Shown here one piece after another: positions 39,916-54,534 of a stretch of DNA of 64,000 nt (position 1 is its first letter; the number at the start of each line of letters is the position of its first letter). The notes under the pieces were generated by a model. The model was not told the DNA's origin, made no database searches, and saw only the letters and a program-made list of their open reading frames with translations. This stretch comes from Octopus vulgaris (Eukaryota). The stretch spans positions 89,404,001 through 89,468,000 of the forward strand of contig OX597820.1 in the NCBI GenBank assembly GCA_951406725.2. Direction: 5' to 3'. The translations under genes and the position numbers were made by a program.

Positions 39916-40144
39916 CTATTTCTTTATTACCCACAAGGGGCTAAACATAGAGGGGACAAAAAAAGGACAGACATAGGTATTAAGTCGATTACATCGACCC
40001 GAGTGCGTAACTGGTGCTTAATTTATCGACCCCGAAAGGATGAAAGGCAAAGTCGACCTCGGCGGAACGTGAACTCACAACGTAACGGCAGACGAACTAC
40101 TACAAAGCATTTCGCCCGGAGTGCTAACGCTTCTGCCAGCTCGC
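39916..40144 (-). mobile_element. Young SINE family B inserted into an older opposite-strand family B copy (39713-40228)
   Basis: Host core ...gtcgataaaataaa is continued by ..taccagttga after the insert. Confidence 0.8.
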
Positions 40145-40591
40145 GAATACCAGTTGATCACAGAGATCGAGGTAATCAAGTTATACTCTCATTGGAAATT
40201 GCTGGCCTTGTACTAAAATTTGAAACCAACATTTATTACATAACCAAAATTGAAAGCCACATCTCCTTTGAATTAGTAATTATTTCAATTTAATCGACCT
40301 GTTAAAGATTTGAAATGCTAATAATATTGTCATTAATCACCTTTCTACTAAAAACCGACCTTTAAATTTTTAATGAAAATTTGATTTTATCTTTATAATT
40401 TGCAATTTACAATTTAAGCTAAATTTTTAGTCATGAAATTCGGAAATTATAGTATTAGATTCCTCACATGTATTATGTATGTAGGTACGTACGTACGTAC
40501 GTACGTATGTATGTATGTATGTATGTATGTATGTATGTATGTATGTATGTATGTATGTATGTATGTATGTATGTATGTATGTATGTACATA

Positions 40592-40622
<31 letters not shown>

Positions 40623-40714
40623 GTATAAATATATGTATATATATACATATAAACATATATGTGTTATGTATATGTGTGCTTAAAATATTCCTTAACAGCT
40701 TATGCATGTATATA

Positions 40715-40751
<37 letters not shown>

Positions 40752-40803
40752 GCACACACACATATCAACATATTAACACACATATGTTAGCACACGCACA
40801 CAC

Positions 40804-40866
<63 letters not shown>

Positions 40867-40974
40867 TGTGAAATAGAAAGATGAATAATCTTGTAGTAGA
40901 TTAATCAAAAGTTTAACCGATACCTTAGTAGCAAAAATCACAGCAGTAAACAGCACGGTTGGAGGTACAACCAT

Positions 40975-41036
<62 letters not shown>

Positions 41037-41117
41037 TATGCACACACATATATATATACATGCATACGCTATTAAGGAATTATTAAGCTTACATACATAT
41101 GCATACATATCAATATG

Positions 41118-41182
<65 letters not shown>

Positions 41183-42025
41183 ATTATAAGCATACACACG
41201 CTCTTACAGAAGTCTTAAATAATGTAATTACTGCCTTAAGGACCTTTACAATATAATTCCTATATTTCACCGAAACCAACCAATTATAAGCTGTTCTAAA
41301 TTTTCATTTTGATATAATGTAAGGGTGACATCATTCAACTTCTTTCTGCAGTATCTTGTTCATGTTTAAAGCTACTATATAAATCCACCGTTCCGACAAA
41401 ATTTACAAATCATAGGATTGCATTTCAGCCGTCGTTTCTCGTACGTATGTTAATTAAATCGTCCAGATTCTAGTAGTTTGGCTTTTGTCCATGCGCCCAC
41501 ACCGTGTTGATTGTACCGATCACAAACCTATGATTTGTGGAGTTACCATTATATCATTATCTATTGACCAGACAAATACCCTATATTTCCCACCAGTGAG
41601 CTAGCTATCGCCTCGGAGAAATTTAGTGAAAGCAATATTGTTGTCCTCGGCATTAATAAAGCTTCTGGCCGTGTATGACATGGAAATTTCCTGTCGAAAC
41701 TTCCCGCTTGTGGGCTCTACCAGTTCTCATATCATAGATCTGTAGCTTTCTGTTCGGCTGCAGTTTTGCTCCGAGTTTTAATAGAGCTTATTCTGTATCT
41801 CAGTCAATCAGTGCCAACGTGTCTAAATGTTCTGTTTATCTCCCATTCCCTTTGTTCTTTACTTCCGTTACTTATTTACCATTATATCTCCAACTTATAC
41901 GCTTATACGTCTTGAGTTACTCTCGATGTTGGTTCGGGGGTTCGGGTATTCGGATGTTTCGATGTTTGGGCGCGGATTAAGTTGGACAAGTGTTTGTGAT
42001 GTAGGTGGTATCTATGCTTGTGGAA

Positions 42026-42440
42026 GGCGGTGAGCTGGCAGAAACCTTAGCACGCCGGGCAAAATGCTTACGGGTTTTTCTTCTGCCGCTACGTTCTGAG
42101 TTCAAATTCCACCGAGGTCGACTTTGCCTTTCATCCTTTCGGAGTCTATTAAATAAGTACCAGTTACACACTGGGGTCAATGTAATCGACTTATTCCGTT
42201 TGTCTGTCCTTGTTTGTCCTCTCTGTGTTTAGCTCCTTGTGGGTAGTAAAGAAATAGGTATTTCGTCTGCCGCTACGTTCTGAGTTGAAATTCCGCCGAC
42301 ACCGACTTTGCCTTTCATCCTTTCGGAGTCGATTAAATAAGTACCAGTTACGCACTGGGGTCGATATAATCGACTTAATCCGTTTGTCTGTCCTTGTTTG
42401 TCCTCTCTGTGTTTAGCCCCTTGTGGGTAGTAAAGAAATA
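42026..42440 (+). mobile_element. SINE family B with tandem 3' duplication and 18-bp TSD
   Basis: Copy 1 at 42026-42257 and partial copy at 42259-42440; flanks ggtatctatgcttgtgga / ggtatttatgattgtgga. Confidence 0.85.
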
Positions 42441-43149
42441 GGTATTTATGATTGTGGAGAGTGTAGTGGTGATGCTGGTAGTATTGGTATTGTGTTTGTT
42501 GGAGGTAGTGCTGGTGTTTGTTTTGAAGAGTTTCTTCTGTCTGAATCTCCAAATACTTTTTGTTGGCGTCCTGAACATAGTTGAAATAAACAAAACTTAC
42601 GAGCAACCCGAAGTCATGTGTTGATGATACCACCATTGTCACCCTTCTATTACAACAATAATAACAACAATAATAATAGCGATAACGATAATAACAACAC
42701 CAACTACAACAACAATTTTGATTGACTGATTCATTATTTTCCCGATCCAGAAGAACAGAATGTCAAGTCTATATGAATAGGAATTGAACGCAAATCATAA
42801 GGGAAGGTAACCAATCTCTGTTCAATCGATTCCACCAGCTACTTTTCCGTAATGCCAATAATACCACACATGGACACACACACGCACACACACATACACA
42901 CAGACACAAACACACACAAACACGGATGCACGCATCAACGTACATGGTTACAGGCACAAGTTGCACAGCCACACGCAAGCAGTTTTGCATTTACGCTCGG
43001 GTAAACAAACGGGAGAGAAAGTACTTAAGCCATGCTGCAGTGTTTATTCTAGTCATTCACCGGAAGGATCGCACGTAGCGAGAACCTGTTTGCAGAAGAC
43101 AATACAAGCCATCAGCCAAGCACGAATATATCAGCGGACGCGATTGTTT

Positions 43150-44065
43150 AATCATGTTTTGGTTTTTCCCAGACGAGAAAAACTCCCGGTAAAAAAATTT
43201 CGTCTGAGAAAAACAAATGCATGTTCGCTTTGAGGGGATGCTTGGTTTGTTCAAAAGCTTCGCAGTGCAGTCTTTCATCTTGTCCTTGGTAGCTTGGGAT
43301 AAAAAATGGCCCTTTCTCATCTTGTATGAGGAATACCGAATGTCTTCATGCCCTACCTGCTTGATAAGAAACTCAAACACTTCCATGTCCCTGGTGAACA
43401 CATAGAACAAACGTTGGCTTGCCGTGTCTCCAAAACATGTACCGAGAGTGATAAAAATCAAACATCCAGTCAGCATAATGGTGTTTGGAGTCATCACTAG
43501 TGATGGCAACGTTATGCCTTCAATCATCTTTCCATACAGTCTCAGACTCAACACGAAGGCCTACATCAAGTGCCTGGGGAAGGTAGTACTACCCTGGGTA
43601 GAAAGGATGGCTGCTGGAAGACCCTATGTCTAGCAACAGGACTCTGCACCATGCTATTCAAGCAGGAGAACCCAGTCATGGCTGTCAGACAATTTCTGTG
43701 ACCACTTCACCCTTAACATCTGACCACCTAACTCCCAAAAATGCAACCCTCTTGACTATGTGTGGGGCACAGTTGACCGAAAGACCAACAAAACTCCTTG
43801 TAACATCAAAGATGAATTATAGGCAGGGATTATGGCAGCATTCACCAACTTAAACAAAGGCCACCGCCCAGAAGAGCTGCTGGACATTCTAAAGTCGGCT
43901 GGAGGCCGTGGTTGAAGCAAATGGCGATTTCATTGAATAAATGTACTCTTTAATATTTCAAGATATTTTTATGCAATTTTGGTAAATATATCTGTTAAAA
44001 TAAGATGACAGTGCTATTTTCATTTTTGTGTAATTTTGACGACAATTTATTCAGCACACTTTGTA
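43150..44065 (+). mobile_element. Decayed DD37D (maT) Tc1/mariner transposon with an inverted internal segment
   Basis: KHPVSIMVFGVITSDG; QQDSAP to NPLDY spaced by exactly 37 residues; RLEAVVEANGDFIE*; 3' TIR-like aatttattcagcacactttgta. Confidence 0.85.
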
Positions 44066-44422
44066 TGTGTATATTTTATATATGTGCATATATATTTATC
44101 TATATGCACATATATAACGTAATATATTTTTCTTATAGTTCGAATTTATGTGTCAAATATTTGGTGGAGACTGTTAAACACTTTTGCTCGCAATGTTCTC
44201 TTCCGATGTGGTAGAAACTGTAAGGAAAGTAAGACCAGCCCCCAACACCTCACCCATAGCAAAGCAAAACGAACGAACGAACGAGACCTCACAGTATGTA
44301 AAAAGAAGGCCTGGAGTCAATTAACAAGATCTATAGAAATTTCCAATACCTGAATTACCCTTTATAGAAACTATTGAATTTTATTCTTAGCTGTATGCAT
44401 ACATAGCACACAAATTTAATTC

Positions 44423-44480
<58 letters not shown>

Positions 44481-44649
44481 ATCTATATATATATATGTAT
44501 ATATATGTGTATATTTATGTATATATTTATGTATATCTATCTGTATGTATTTGTATATGCATATGTATACACACACATCTTCACACTCACACATATGTGT
44601 TCCAATAAATGTGGATGTGAATGTACATACATATACTTACACATTCATT

Positions 44650-44703
<54 letters not shown>

Positions 44704-45837
44704 GCACTCGTAGATATTTATGTTATATATATATATATATATACACACATACGTATATGTATATTCGATACAGAATCTTTTTCCCTCCCTCTTTCTCTGA
44801 ATATACATACATACATGCACACACAAACATACACATATACATACACATACATACATACATACACATATGCAAACATATACATATATAAACCTATATATGT
44901 ATAAATACATAGATATGCATATATATATATATATATTAATTCATTGATACCTACATTACAGCAGCTGTATTTGATTGCAACCCCAGGCTCATAAATAACT
45001 GCTTGCATGTATGAGTATATAAAAATAAACAGGAATCAGTGGTAAGGAAGTATGTCGACTAAATAAATAATTATATGTAACTGCAGGTAGGCAATTGTAT
45101 TTGCAGAATGCAACACATAAGAATCCAAAGACTGAGTCTTCGATAGCGTATCGATAGTGATAATTGTATGTGATTTAGGAACAGGACCATCAATTTTTAA
45201 TGTGAGTGCTTAGTGAACGCCATCAATCCATTACTTGACTGCTCCTTTATTTTATGGGTCCCACAGGGATGATATGACAAATGTTGGCGTTGGTGAAATT
45301 TGAACTCCGAACGTAAAGACGCGAAACAAATACTGCAAGACATTTTATCCAACACGTTAAAGATCTGCTAATCCACCGGCCTATAATACAACTAATAGTT
45401 ATTTGCAACATTAATCTGTCTCTAACTTTAAATCTGTACTGGAATAATCGTTTCAAACATCGACACAAAACTAAGAAATTTTTTTTAGGGTATATGGGGT
45501 AGTTGATTGCTTCAACCCCGGTGATTAACTGGGTATGGTAATTATTTTATGACGACCATGACAGTATTTGAAGTCAGAATGTAATGAGTCAGAAAAAATG
45601 TCATCTTGTCCGATTGCTAGTGATTCTGTCAGCTCGCCGCGTTTGTGTAAGTACTAATAATGACTTCAAATTTTGGTACAAATCCAGCAAATTTAGGGAT
45701 AGAGGGTAAGCCGATTACATCAGCCTAAGTACTTGACTAGTACTCTATTTTATCAATCTCGAAAAGAACGAAAAATAAAGTTAACCTCAGCAGGACGCCA
45801 GTCTTGTCCCAGTACTGATAATAAAACTCTACGTAAA

Positions 45838-46210
45838 ATGACGCAAGCGTGGTTAAGAAGCTCGCTTTGTAACCGCTTGATTTTGGGTTCAGTCCCACCG
45901 TGCTGCACCTTAGTCACGTGTCTGTTACTATAGCCTCGAACAGACCAATACCCTGTGAGTAAATTTGGTAGACTGAGACTTTGAGGAAGCCCGTCTTATA
46001 TGTAAATGAATAAATATATTTATACGTGTGTGTCTTTGCGTTCATTCTTACGCTACCGCTTGACAACCGGTGCTGGTTTGTTTACGTTACCGTAATTTAG
46101 CCCAAGAGAATATAAAAGCAGTACTGCAGGCGATTTGTTCGACTAAACCCTTCAAAGGGAGACCCAGCAAAGGCACAGTTCAATAACTGAAACAAGTAAT
46201 AGATAGAAGA
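45838..46210 (+). mobile_element. Diverged SINE family A
   Basis: gcgtggttaagaagctcgc..gggttcagtccc..cgcttgacaaccggtgctggtttgtttacg. Confidence 0.65.
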
Positions 46211-46496
46211 TACAAAATATGGTTCAAAGTCAGGTGATTTTTGAATAAAGAAACCCTTGACAATACATATTCTAGCTGTGACTACCCCTACTCCGTTTTT
46301 TATCTAATTATAATGCATCTGCAAGTACATTTATAATGTGGCTCCTTTTTTTTTAATTAAAAGCGATGTGTAACTTAAAGGCGGCAAACTGGTAAGGGTT
46401 TTAGTGTGTCCAACAGAATGTCTTGTCGTATTTGCACCGGCTTCGTGCGTTCTTGTTCAAAGTTCAAATTAAAAGCGGTGCTATCATTACAAGTAT

Positions 46497-46889
46497 ACTC
46501 TTTACTGTTTTACTTGTTCCAGTCATTTGACTGTGGCCATGTTGGAGCACCGCCTTTAGTCGAGCAAATCGACCCCAGGACTTATTCTTTGTAAGCCTAG
46601 TGCTTATTCTATCGGTCTCTTATGCCGAACCGCTATGTTACGGGGACGTAAACACACCAGCATCGGTTGTCAAGCGATGTGGGGGGGGGGGGGCAAACAC
46701 ACACACATACACACACACAAAAACATACATATATACGACGGGCTTCTTTCAGTTTCCGTCTATCAAATCCACTCGCAAAGCTTTGGTCGGGCCGAGACTA
46801 TAGTAGAAGACACCTGCCCAAGGTGCCACGTAGTGGGACTGAACCATGAATCATGTGGTTCGTAACCAAGCTACTTACCACATAGCCAC
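46497..46889 (-). mobile_element. SINE family A
   Basis: High similarity to 29671-30152. Confidence 0.9.
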
Positions 46890-47092
46890 AAAGCAACGAA
46901 AGAGTGTCTACGTGATTGCTCAACCTGTTATGAAAAGCTCGCAAACCTCCTTAAAACCATTTCTTTCTTCAGTGGATTCTGAACGTCTGGTAAAATCGCA
47001 GGGGCATCACTCAAATCCCAACGAGGTGGGATTTACTTTTCATCCTTTCAAGGTTCAATAAAATAGCAGGCCAGTACTAGAGGAGTCCAGCC

Positions 47093-47112
47093 TTCTTCTT
47101 CTTCTTCTTCTT

Positions 47113-47145
<33 letters not shown>

Positions 47146-47390
47146 CTCCTGCTCTTGCTCCTCCTTCTCCTTCTCTTCCTGTCCTGACACCTCCTCTCAT
47201 CACACCTCCTCTCATCACACCCCCTCCTTTTCTCCTCACATCTCCTCTCCTCATACTTCCTCCTACTCTCCTCACACCTCCTTCTCCTCTCCTCACGCCT
47301 CTTCCTCCTCTCCTCACACCTCCTCCTCTTCCTCCTCCACTCCTCTGCCTTCCGCTCCTCCTTTTCCGCCTTCTTCTCGCCTCCTCCTTC
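47093..47390. repeat. (CTT)n plus degenerate polypyrimidine repeat (CCTCCTCTCCTCACA-like)
   Basis: Directly visible. Confidence 0.85.
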
Positions 47391-47409
47391 AAAGGTACAG
47401 CATCTTTGT

Positions 47410-47660
47410 GAAATGAACGTGTAAGTGGCTGAGCACTCCACTCACGGATAACCTTAACGTAGTTCTCAGAGAGATTCAGTGTGACACATAATGCGACAAG
47501 ACACGCTTTGAAATACAGGTAAAAATCATTTTTGCCAGCTGAGTGGACTAGAGCAACGCGAAATAAAGTGTCTCGCTGAAGGACACAAAGCGCCGCCGGG
47601 TATCGAACTTACGATCTTAAGATCGCTGAATACGTTGACCACTAAGCCACGCACCTTCAC
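47410..47660 (-). mobile_element. tRNA/CORE-like SINE related to family D
   Basis: Minus strand GTGAAGGTGCGTGGCTTAGTGG...GTTCGATACC...gacactttatttcgcgttgctctagtccactcagctgg. Confidence 0.7.
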
Positions 47661-48214
47661 ACAAAATAAATAAATACAAACAACAAGTAGGATATGCGTT
47701 TTGGTAAAATCACTACAGTGACGGACAGAGCGTCACTAGCTATTTTATAAAGTTGCATTATGTTCCCTGAGTTCAAATCCCGCCGAAGAAGATTTGCTTC
47801 CTGGGGTCGATGACAACCACATAAATGCAAGGTTCAATTTTATCAACTCTTTACTACTTCTGCTACTGTAAACATTATAAATGCTTGTCTAGATTACTTA
47901 AAATTATGCAATGAAGGACGAAAATACTTCAGTCGTAAAAATCAATGAATATTTTACTGCCAACATAAAAAAAAGTTGCCGTAAAATGTGACCTCTCGAA
48001 CTGGGTAATGCAGTCTTAATGGCAGAGATCCTGGGCATATATATGTAACGGGGATCCTGGATACATAGATACATAGATACATACATAGATACATAGATAC
48101 ATGCATAGATACATAGATACATACATATATACATACATATATATATATATATACATATATATATAAGAGAGCAAAGTGTATGTACGCCGATATAGATATA
48201 TATATATATATATA

Positions 48215-49078
48215 TAAAATACAAAATAGGACAAGAACGCAAAGCATCCGGACAGCTAGGTGATACAAAAAGGGATAACAAAACATCCTGATAGACGATA
48301 CAAAGAAAACAAGGACGGGTCATTCGAAGTTTTCTTTCCTCAGTCAAGCACCAGATTATCCTCGCAATTTCGGCTGATTATTCTTGAGATTGCTCCATTC
48401 AGGCCAGCCCCAAGGAAAACTAAGCTAAGAGCATTAGATTCCTTGGAAGAAAGCAGCCAATGTATACAAAAACAAGGACGGAAAACACGTACAAAGTTAC
48501 ACAAATATAAGTACAATAATAAATCCAAAAAAATAATAACAGACATAACAACAGGTGTCTTTCGACTAAGGACGTATTGAATTAAGCTGGCGCGTGTGGA
48601 AATGAAGCCTTACGGCAGAGATAGAACACTTTCACAAACACAGGGAAGAATATCGATGTTGCACGGATGCCCGTCAGATCAAGAAAGAAAGAACAGACTA
48701 GGCTGACCAGCGGTCACGTGGGAAGAGAAGAGAGAGAGAAGTAGAAGCAGAGGGAAGAAGAATTAAGGAGAGGGGAGAAAAAAGCACACGGACTTCTTAC
48801 TCACTTATCCCTCCACTGTTCACTTCAATGTGTTCCTGTTCTTTTTTCTCGCCCCTCCTTAATTCTTCTGTCCCTCTGCTTCTACTTCTCTTTCTTCTCT
48901 TCCCACGTTACCGCCGGTCAGCCTAGTCTGTTCTTTCTTTCTTGGTCTGACCGTTGTCCGTGCAACATCGATATTCTTCCCTGTGTTTGTGAAACCATTG
49001 TATCTCGGCCGTAAGGCTTCGTTTCCACATGCGCCAGCTTAATTCAATTCGTCCTTAGTCGAAAGACACCCGTTGTTT
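48215..49078. mobile_element. Non-coding element with about 240-bp inverted arms (probable Penelope 3'/pLTR inversion)
   Basis: 48547-48791 is the reverse complement of about 48835-49077 with a spacer of about 50 bp; starts at a (TA)n tract. Confidence 0.65.
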
Positions 49079-50180
49079 TTACGGAGATGTACTATTTAAG
49101 AAACACACAAAATCCGTTAGATTCACTTCAGCATTTAAATTTAATTTGTCAAAATACTTTCGTCGCTTTCGTGAGCACTGACAAAATTCCGTGCTGCACG
49201 AATATGTATGCAGAGAATTTCCGTCATTCGATCCAGAAGTTCGATCAACTGAACAATCTGTTTTGAATAAACGAGTGAGTGGCTGAGTATTCCACAGACA
49301 CATGTACTTTTAACGTAATTCTCAGGCAGATCAGTGTGATGCAGTGGGTGAGTGAGACGCTTATATCTTTGGAATTATAGATACAATCTCCCTGATAAGC
49401 TTACGTGCAGCTTCCGTCTACCCAATTTCACTCACAAGGTAAGGGTCAATTCAACTACGGCTAAAATGACCTTAGATCTGACCATTCTGGAATGACTTGG
49501 TGCTAATTAGCAACAAAAACCAAATTTGGTGAGTCTCTGAGTGCTAAGCCACTTGCACGTTAATTTCACAAACAGGCTGTGTCGTTGAAAGAGGAAGCGG
49601 AGGAGGCGGAACAGGAGGAGTAGAATGCTGTGTTTCTCTATGTAAATCCTTGCATAAAGCAATGTCTTCAAACAGAGCAAGTCAGCTACGCGGAGCCCAT
49701 CTTCATTGAAATCTTTATGCTTTCTATGAGATAAGAAGAATTATTACAGCTTGTGATGGGGTGCACCACAACTTCCTTACCAATACAAACACTTATAACA
49801 ACAGCAACAACAAATTCAACACTAATAAATAAGATATTGTTCAACGTGAGTTCTGACCTAATGAAGCTGATCTATTCTAAAATACAGTTCCAGACGTGAG
49901 CACCTCATCCTCTTTAAAGAATATCGACGATTTCGAATTCTTATTACCTAACGTTCCTTCAATTTTTAAAGATGTATGGATATTACTTGAGTCATTTTTT
50001 TTCAATGCTGTTTCTCGGGGCGATATAGAGACCCCTGCACTGGCTCACAATAAGAAGGTAGTTGTTTGCAAATGCGCATAAAAGTCAAACCAAAAGAGCA
50101 ATGCACAAGTTATAGCTAATACTAGAACTATAAGAGAAGAAAACTGTACAGAGACAATGTCTATTACAAGAATACATACA

Positions 50181-50221
<41 letters not shown>

Positions 50222-50224
50222 ATA

Positions 50225-50285
<61 letters not shown>

Positions 50286-51000
50286 ATATCATATTGTTGG
50301 TGACAATGTATTTTGCCGCTATATAATTAGTGAGTTATATCATATTTGTGTTTGGTTTATCAAATTACAGTCATCTTCGCGAAAATTTCTTATCTGTGCG
50401 ATTGTATGTTTATTGACCTCTGTTGTGCTGCTAGCTCAGCTGTGACTATTTATTGACTTATACTCATCTCCGTTGCTTCGTTAGATCTAGCTATATTTAT
50501 TATATCGTCATATCTCGTGTGTGTTTTTTTTTTGTTTGTTTTTGACTTGACGTTTTCCTACGCCATAACCGCCACCACCACCACCACCAGCACCACCAGC
50601 ACCAGCATCATAATCACCATCACCATCACATTTTTGTTTCGATTCTTTGGTTTAGCTTTATATATTAAACTCACAACTATCAACTAGTTTTATATCGTGA
50701 AAGACATGAAAACTTGTATTGCAACGTAAATCAATAAACGTAAATATTTACATAAAATTCTTTTAATTTAGCTACAAGCTAGAACTAACAGTAACAGCAG
50801 CAGCAATAACTACAAGAACAACAGATAAATACAAAAAAAAAAGACCCAAAACAAAAAACAATAAAAAAGCAGGACGAGTAACAGAACAATATAGTGAAAT
50901 GAACTCTACACACCCACACATATACATATGTATGTATGTATGCATACATACATATATGTACGTGTGTACATGTATATGTATATAAATATATGTGTATATA

Positions 51001-51065
<65 letters not shown>

Positions 51066-51069
<4 letters not shown>

Positions 51070-51264
51070 TGTTTCAGTGATCTGACTGTGGCCATGCTGG
51101 AGCAAAGCCTTTAGTCGAGCGAATCGACCCCAGGACTTATTTTTTGTAAGCCTAGTACTTATTCTATCGGACGCTATTGCCGAACCGCTAAGTGACGGGG
51201 ACGTAAACACACCAGCATCGGTTGTCAAGCGATGTTGAAGGGAGAAACAGAGGCACACAAACAT

Positions 51265-51297
<33 letters not shown>

Positions 51298-51433
51298 CAC
51301 GACGAACTTCTTTCAGGTTCCGTCTATCAAACCCACTCGCAAGGCTTTGGTCGGCCCGAGGCTATAGTAGAAGACACTTGCCCAAGGTGCCACGCAGTGG
51401 GACTGAACCCGGAACTACATGGTTGGTAAGCAA
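51066..51433 (-). mobile_element. SINE family A (5' end truncated)
   Basis: High similarity to 201-655. Confidence 0.9.
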
Positions 51434-51668
51434 GAGAGAGAGAGAGAGAGAAAAAAAAGAAAGAGAGGTGGAGGGCGTCTGTATAGTATCCTACAGATAA
51501 ACAGCCTGGGTCAACCCTGGTTTATAGAAGAAAAATCTTGCCCACAACGTCGGTCAGTGGAATCGAATTCTAAGGTAAGCCGCTGTTAGAAAAACTTCAC
51601 TATACAGCAATGTCTGCGCCTCTGTTTTTATGTAAGAATGCATGTGTGCGAGTCTATCTCTCTGTCTA

Positions 51669-51752
<84 letters not shown>

Positions 51753-51765
51753 CATCCATCTATCC

Positions 51766-51853
<88 letters not shown>

Positions 51854-52357
51854 GTCTCTCTATGTGTCTCTGTGTCTGATTTTTTTATATATGTATATGT
51901 ACCTAAACATGTTTTATATATATATATATATATGTATACATATATCTGTATATCTATGTATACATACATGCACTTACATACATACACACATATTTGTCCA
52001 TAAAAAAAGTACTGCAAAATAATATTTACATACACACATATCTGTATATATAAATACAGAAACGACTATTTCTATATCGTTCTAAAAGCAAGAATATTAT
52101 TTCGATATAGAACCGTCAGCACTTCCGATCCTGTATTCAATAGCCATCCATATTGGTGTCAGTATATACGATAATCTAATTCTCGATCGAATTTCGTTCT
52201 CTCTATCTCTTTTCTTTATTTCTGCTTATTTTTTTCTTTTTCCCTTCTTCTTTGACATCAACACCGATAGCTTTCGAGCAAATCAATATGGGAAGATGAG
52301 AATGATGATGATGATGATCATCATCATCATCGTTGGCGTTGTTGTTGTCGTAGTGAA

Positions 52358-52403
<46 letters not shown>

Positions 52404-52609
52404 GACACTGCTGCTGCTGATGATTTTTACTTGAACAATGCAAGTTGTCATCACTCTACATCACCCCTGCCCATTGCTCTGGCATATAGCATATCTTAGT
52501 ATGTGAATAGGTATGGATGTCACCTGGCCGAGTTTTCGCTTGATTCACTATCTTTAGAAGTGTAAAACTACCTTAAGGTGAACCTTTAAAACAATTACTA
52601 TCATCATCA

Positions 52610-52680
<71 letters not shown>

Positions 52681-54044
52681 TCTCATCTTTTTGATGTATG
52701 AACACTATTCTCTGTACTGATATCTGCACTCAACAACAATCATATCATGCATAGAACATTAATAATACAAGCACACTCTCATTCCCTTTTCGACATGCAT
52801 ACGTATGTACACACACACACACACACACGTACACACACACAGACACACAGACACGCAGACACACAGACACACACACACACATACACACACACACACACCC
52901 ACACATAGTTTTGCACCACAAAATATACACAAACGTGCGCATGCACGCATACAGAGTAAGAAACTGAAGGCAGAGAGAAAAGATAGATAGATAAAGAGAG
53001 AGAAAGAGAGAGAGAGGAAACAGAGAAAAAGAGAGAAGAGAGAGAGGGGAGAGAGAGAAAGAGAGAGAAAACAGAGAAAAAGAGAGCGTAGGAGATAGGG
53101 GAGACAGAGAAAGAGAGAAGAGAGAGAGAGAAGTGACAAAGAAAGAGAGAGGGAGAGAGAGGTAGAGAGAGAGAGTGAGAGAGAGAGGTGGTATTCATTA
53201 GTCTTGTAAAGTATGGAGAGTGATTATGGACCAAGAGGATGAAAAACACTTTCTGAATTCTATGGCTTACAGGTTAATTTCAAACCATTGGGAATATAAA
53301 GATTATTGCTTCTTGCGTTGGTGTTGCCTGTGAATATTCTTTGAGGAGACAGAAATTTACCATTGTTAACTTTGTTCCTGCCAGTCCTTTAAAAGTTTTA
53401 TCCTTCACTTCTTAATCTCTGTAATACTTGCTGCTAGACACAGGGTCCTGTTGCCAGAAACTACTTTCTAAGTGACAGGTTGATGTTGGTCGCATTCGTC
53501 ACATTTGCACACTTCCTCGTGTCGCAGGTACATGCGTCCTTTGTCTTTCGATCTAGACCCCAGCTCAATATGTATGGAAATTGAGCAACGTCCTTGCGAA
53601 GGAAATGTTAAGTCATTTAACCCGACGTCGGCGCAGAAAAGTGAACAAAAGGGAATTACCCTTGCAGCTTATAATATTGACACTGCTAATTGGGCCCGAA
53701 GATTCTGTGTAGATATCTCATAAAGTATGCGTGAAACCTGTGTCGTGGGAAGAGTATGCTGTTCACGACTCGTTACAATATAGAAATACACAGAAAACAC
53801 AGACCTTATATACCTCGATATATATATCAGACATTTAGTCTCTTATACTTTCTTAGTAGGTATTGCATGAGTAAGCTGCTGGTTTTTCGATGCGCATTTT
53901 AAATCCAGATATAAAGTGAAGTTGCTTATTGCCGTAGAGACAAGACAATGAAACTCACCTACCGTATCCTGTTCCTTGCCTTCGATTTTAATGCAAATAT
54001 GAGATAGAGGGTATTTTTCCATGACTGGGGATCTCTTGAGATTG

Positions 54045-54400
54045 TAAGATAGCAGCATCATCAGCAAACAGCATGTCTTTGATGGTAAATTCCTGAATGT
54101 CAGTCTACACCATGTTTCAGTCTACACCATGTTTCAGTCTACACCAATGTTTCAGGAGCAACGCAAAGACTATGGTGAGGACATACCTGACTTCGTTCCT
54201 CACTCCAATTTCTTACTGCACATTACCCATCGCAGCATCGTAGAAAGACCTTATCATACTTGGCAACTGAGGTGGGCAAACAATGAGTAGTAATATTCTA
54301 AAGAGGCTGTGTCTACCAATAGGGAAAAAATCTTCTGTTATATCAATGAAAGCTACATACAGTGGTTGATTTTGCCCTCGATATTTGTTTCCAAGATGGC
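54045..54400 (-). mobile_element. RTE-like RT fragment
   Basis: KYRGQNQPLYVAFIDIT..SLFRILLLIVCPPQLPSMIRSFY and IKDMLFADDAA; contains a 17-bp triplication (cagtctacaccatgttt) at about 54101-54154. Confidence 0.75.
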
Positions 54401-54534
54401 TCAGTGAAAAGGTAATGCTTGTAAAAGACACCTTCGTTAGGAAATCACATTACTACTCAGATATATTTTATCTGCAAGTTTATTACGCTTTTGTGAGATT
54501 AATCGAGCGGAAAACTTTCCTAGTACGTCATCTT

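Noticed and set aside
47055-47441. Arg/Glu-rich or RGG-rich protein ORFs
   Set aside because: Translation of a polypurine/polypyrimidine simple repeat.
49880-50085. Short frame open on both strands
   Set aside because: No motif or convincing splice sites; compatible with chance.
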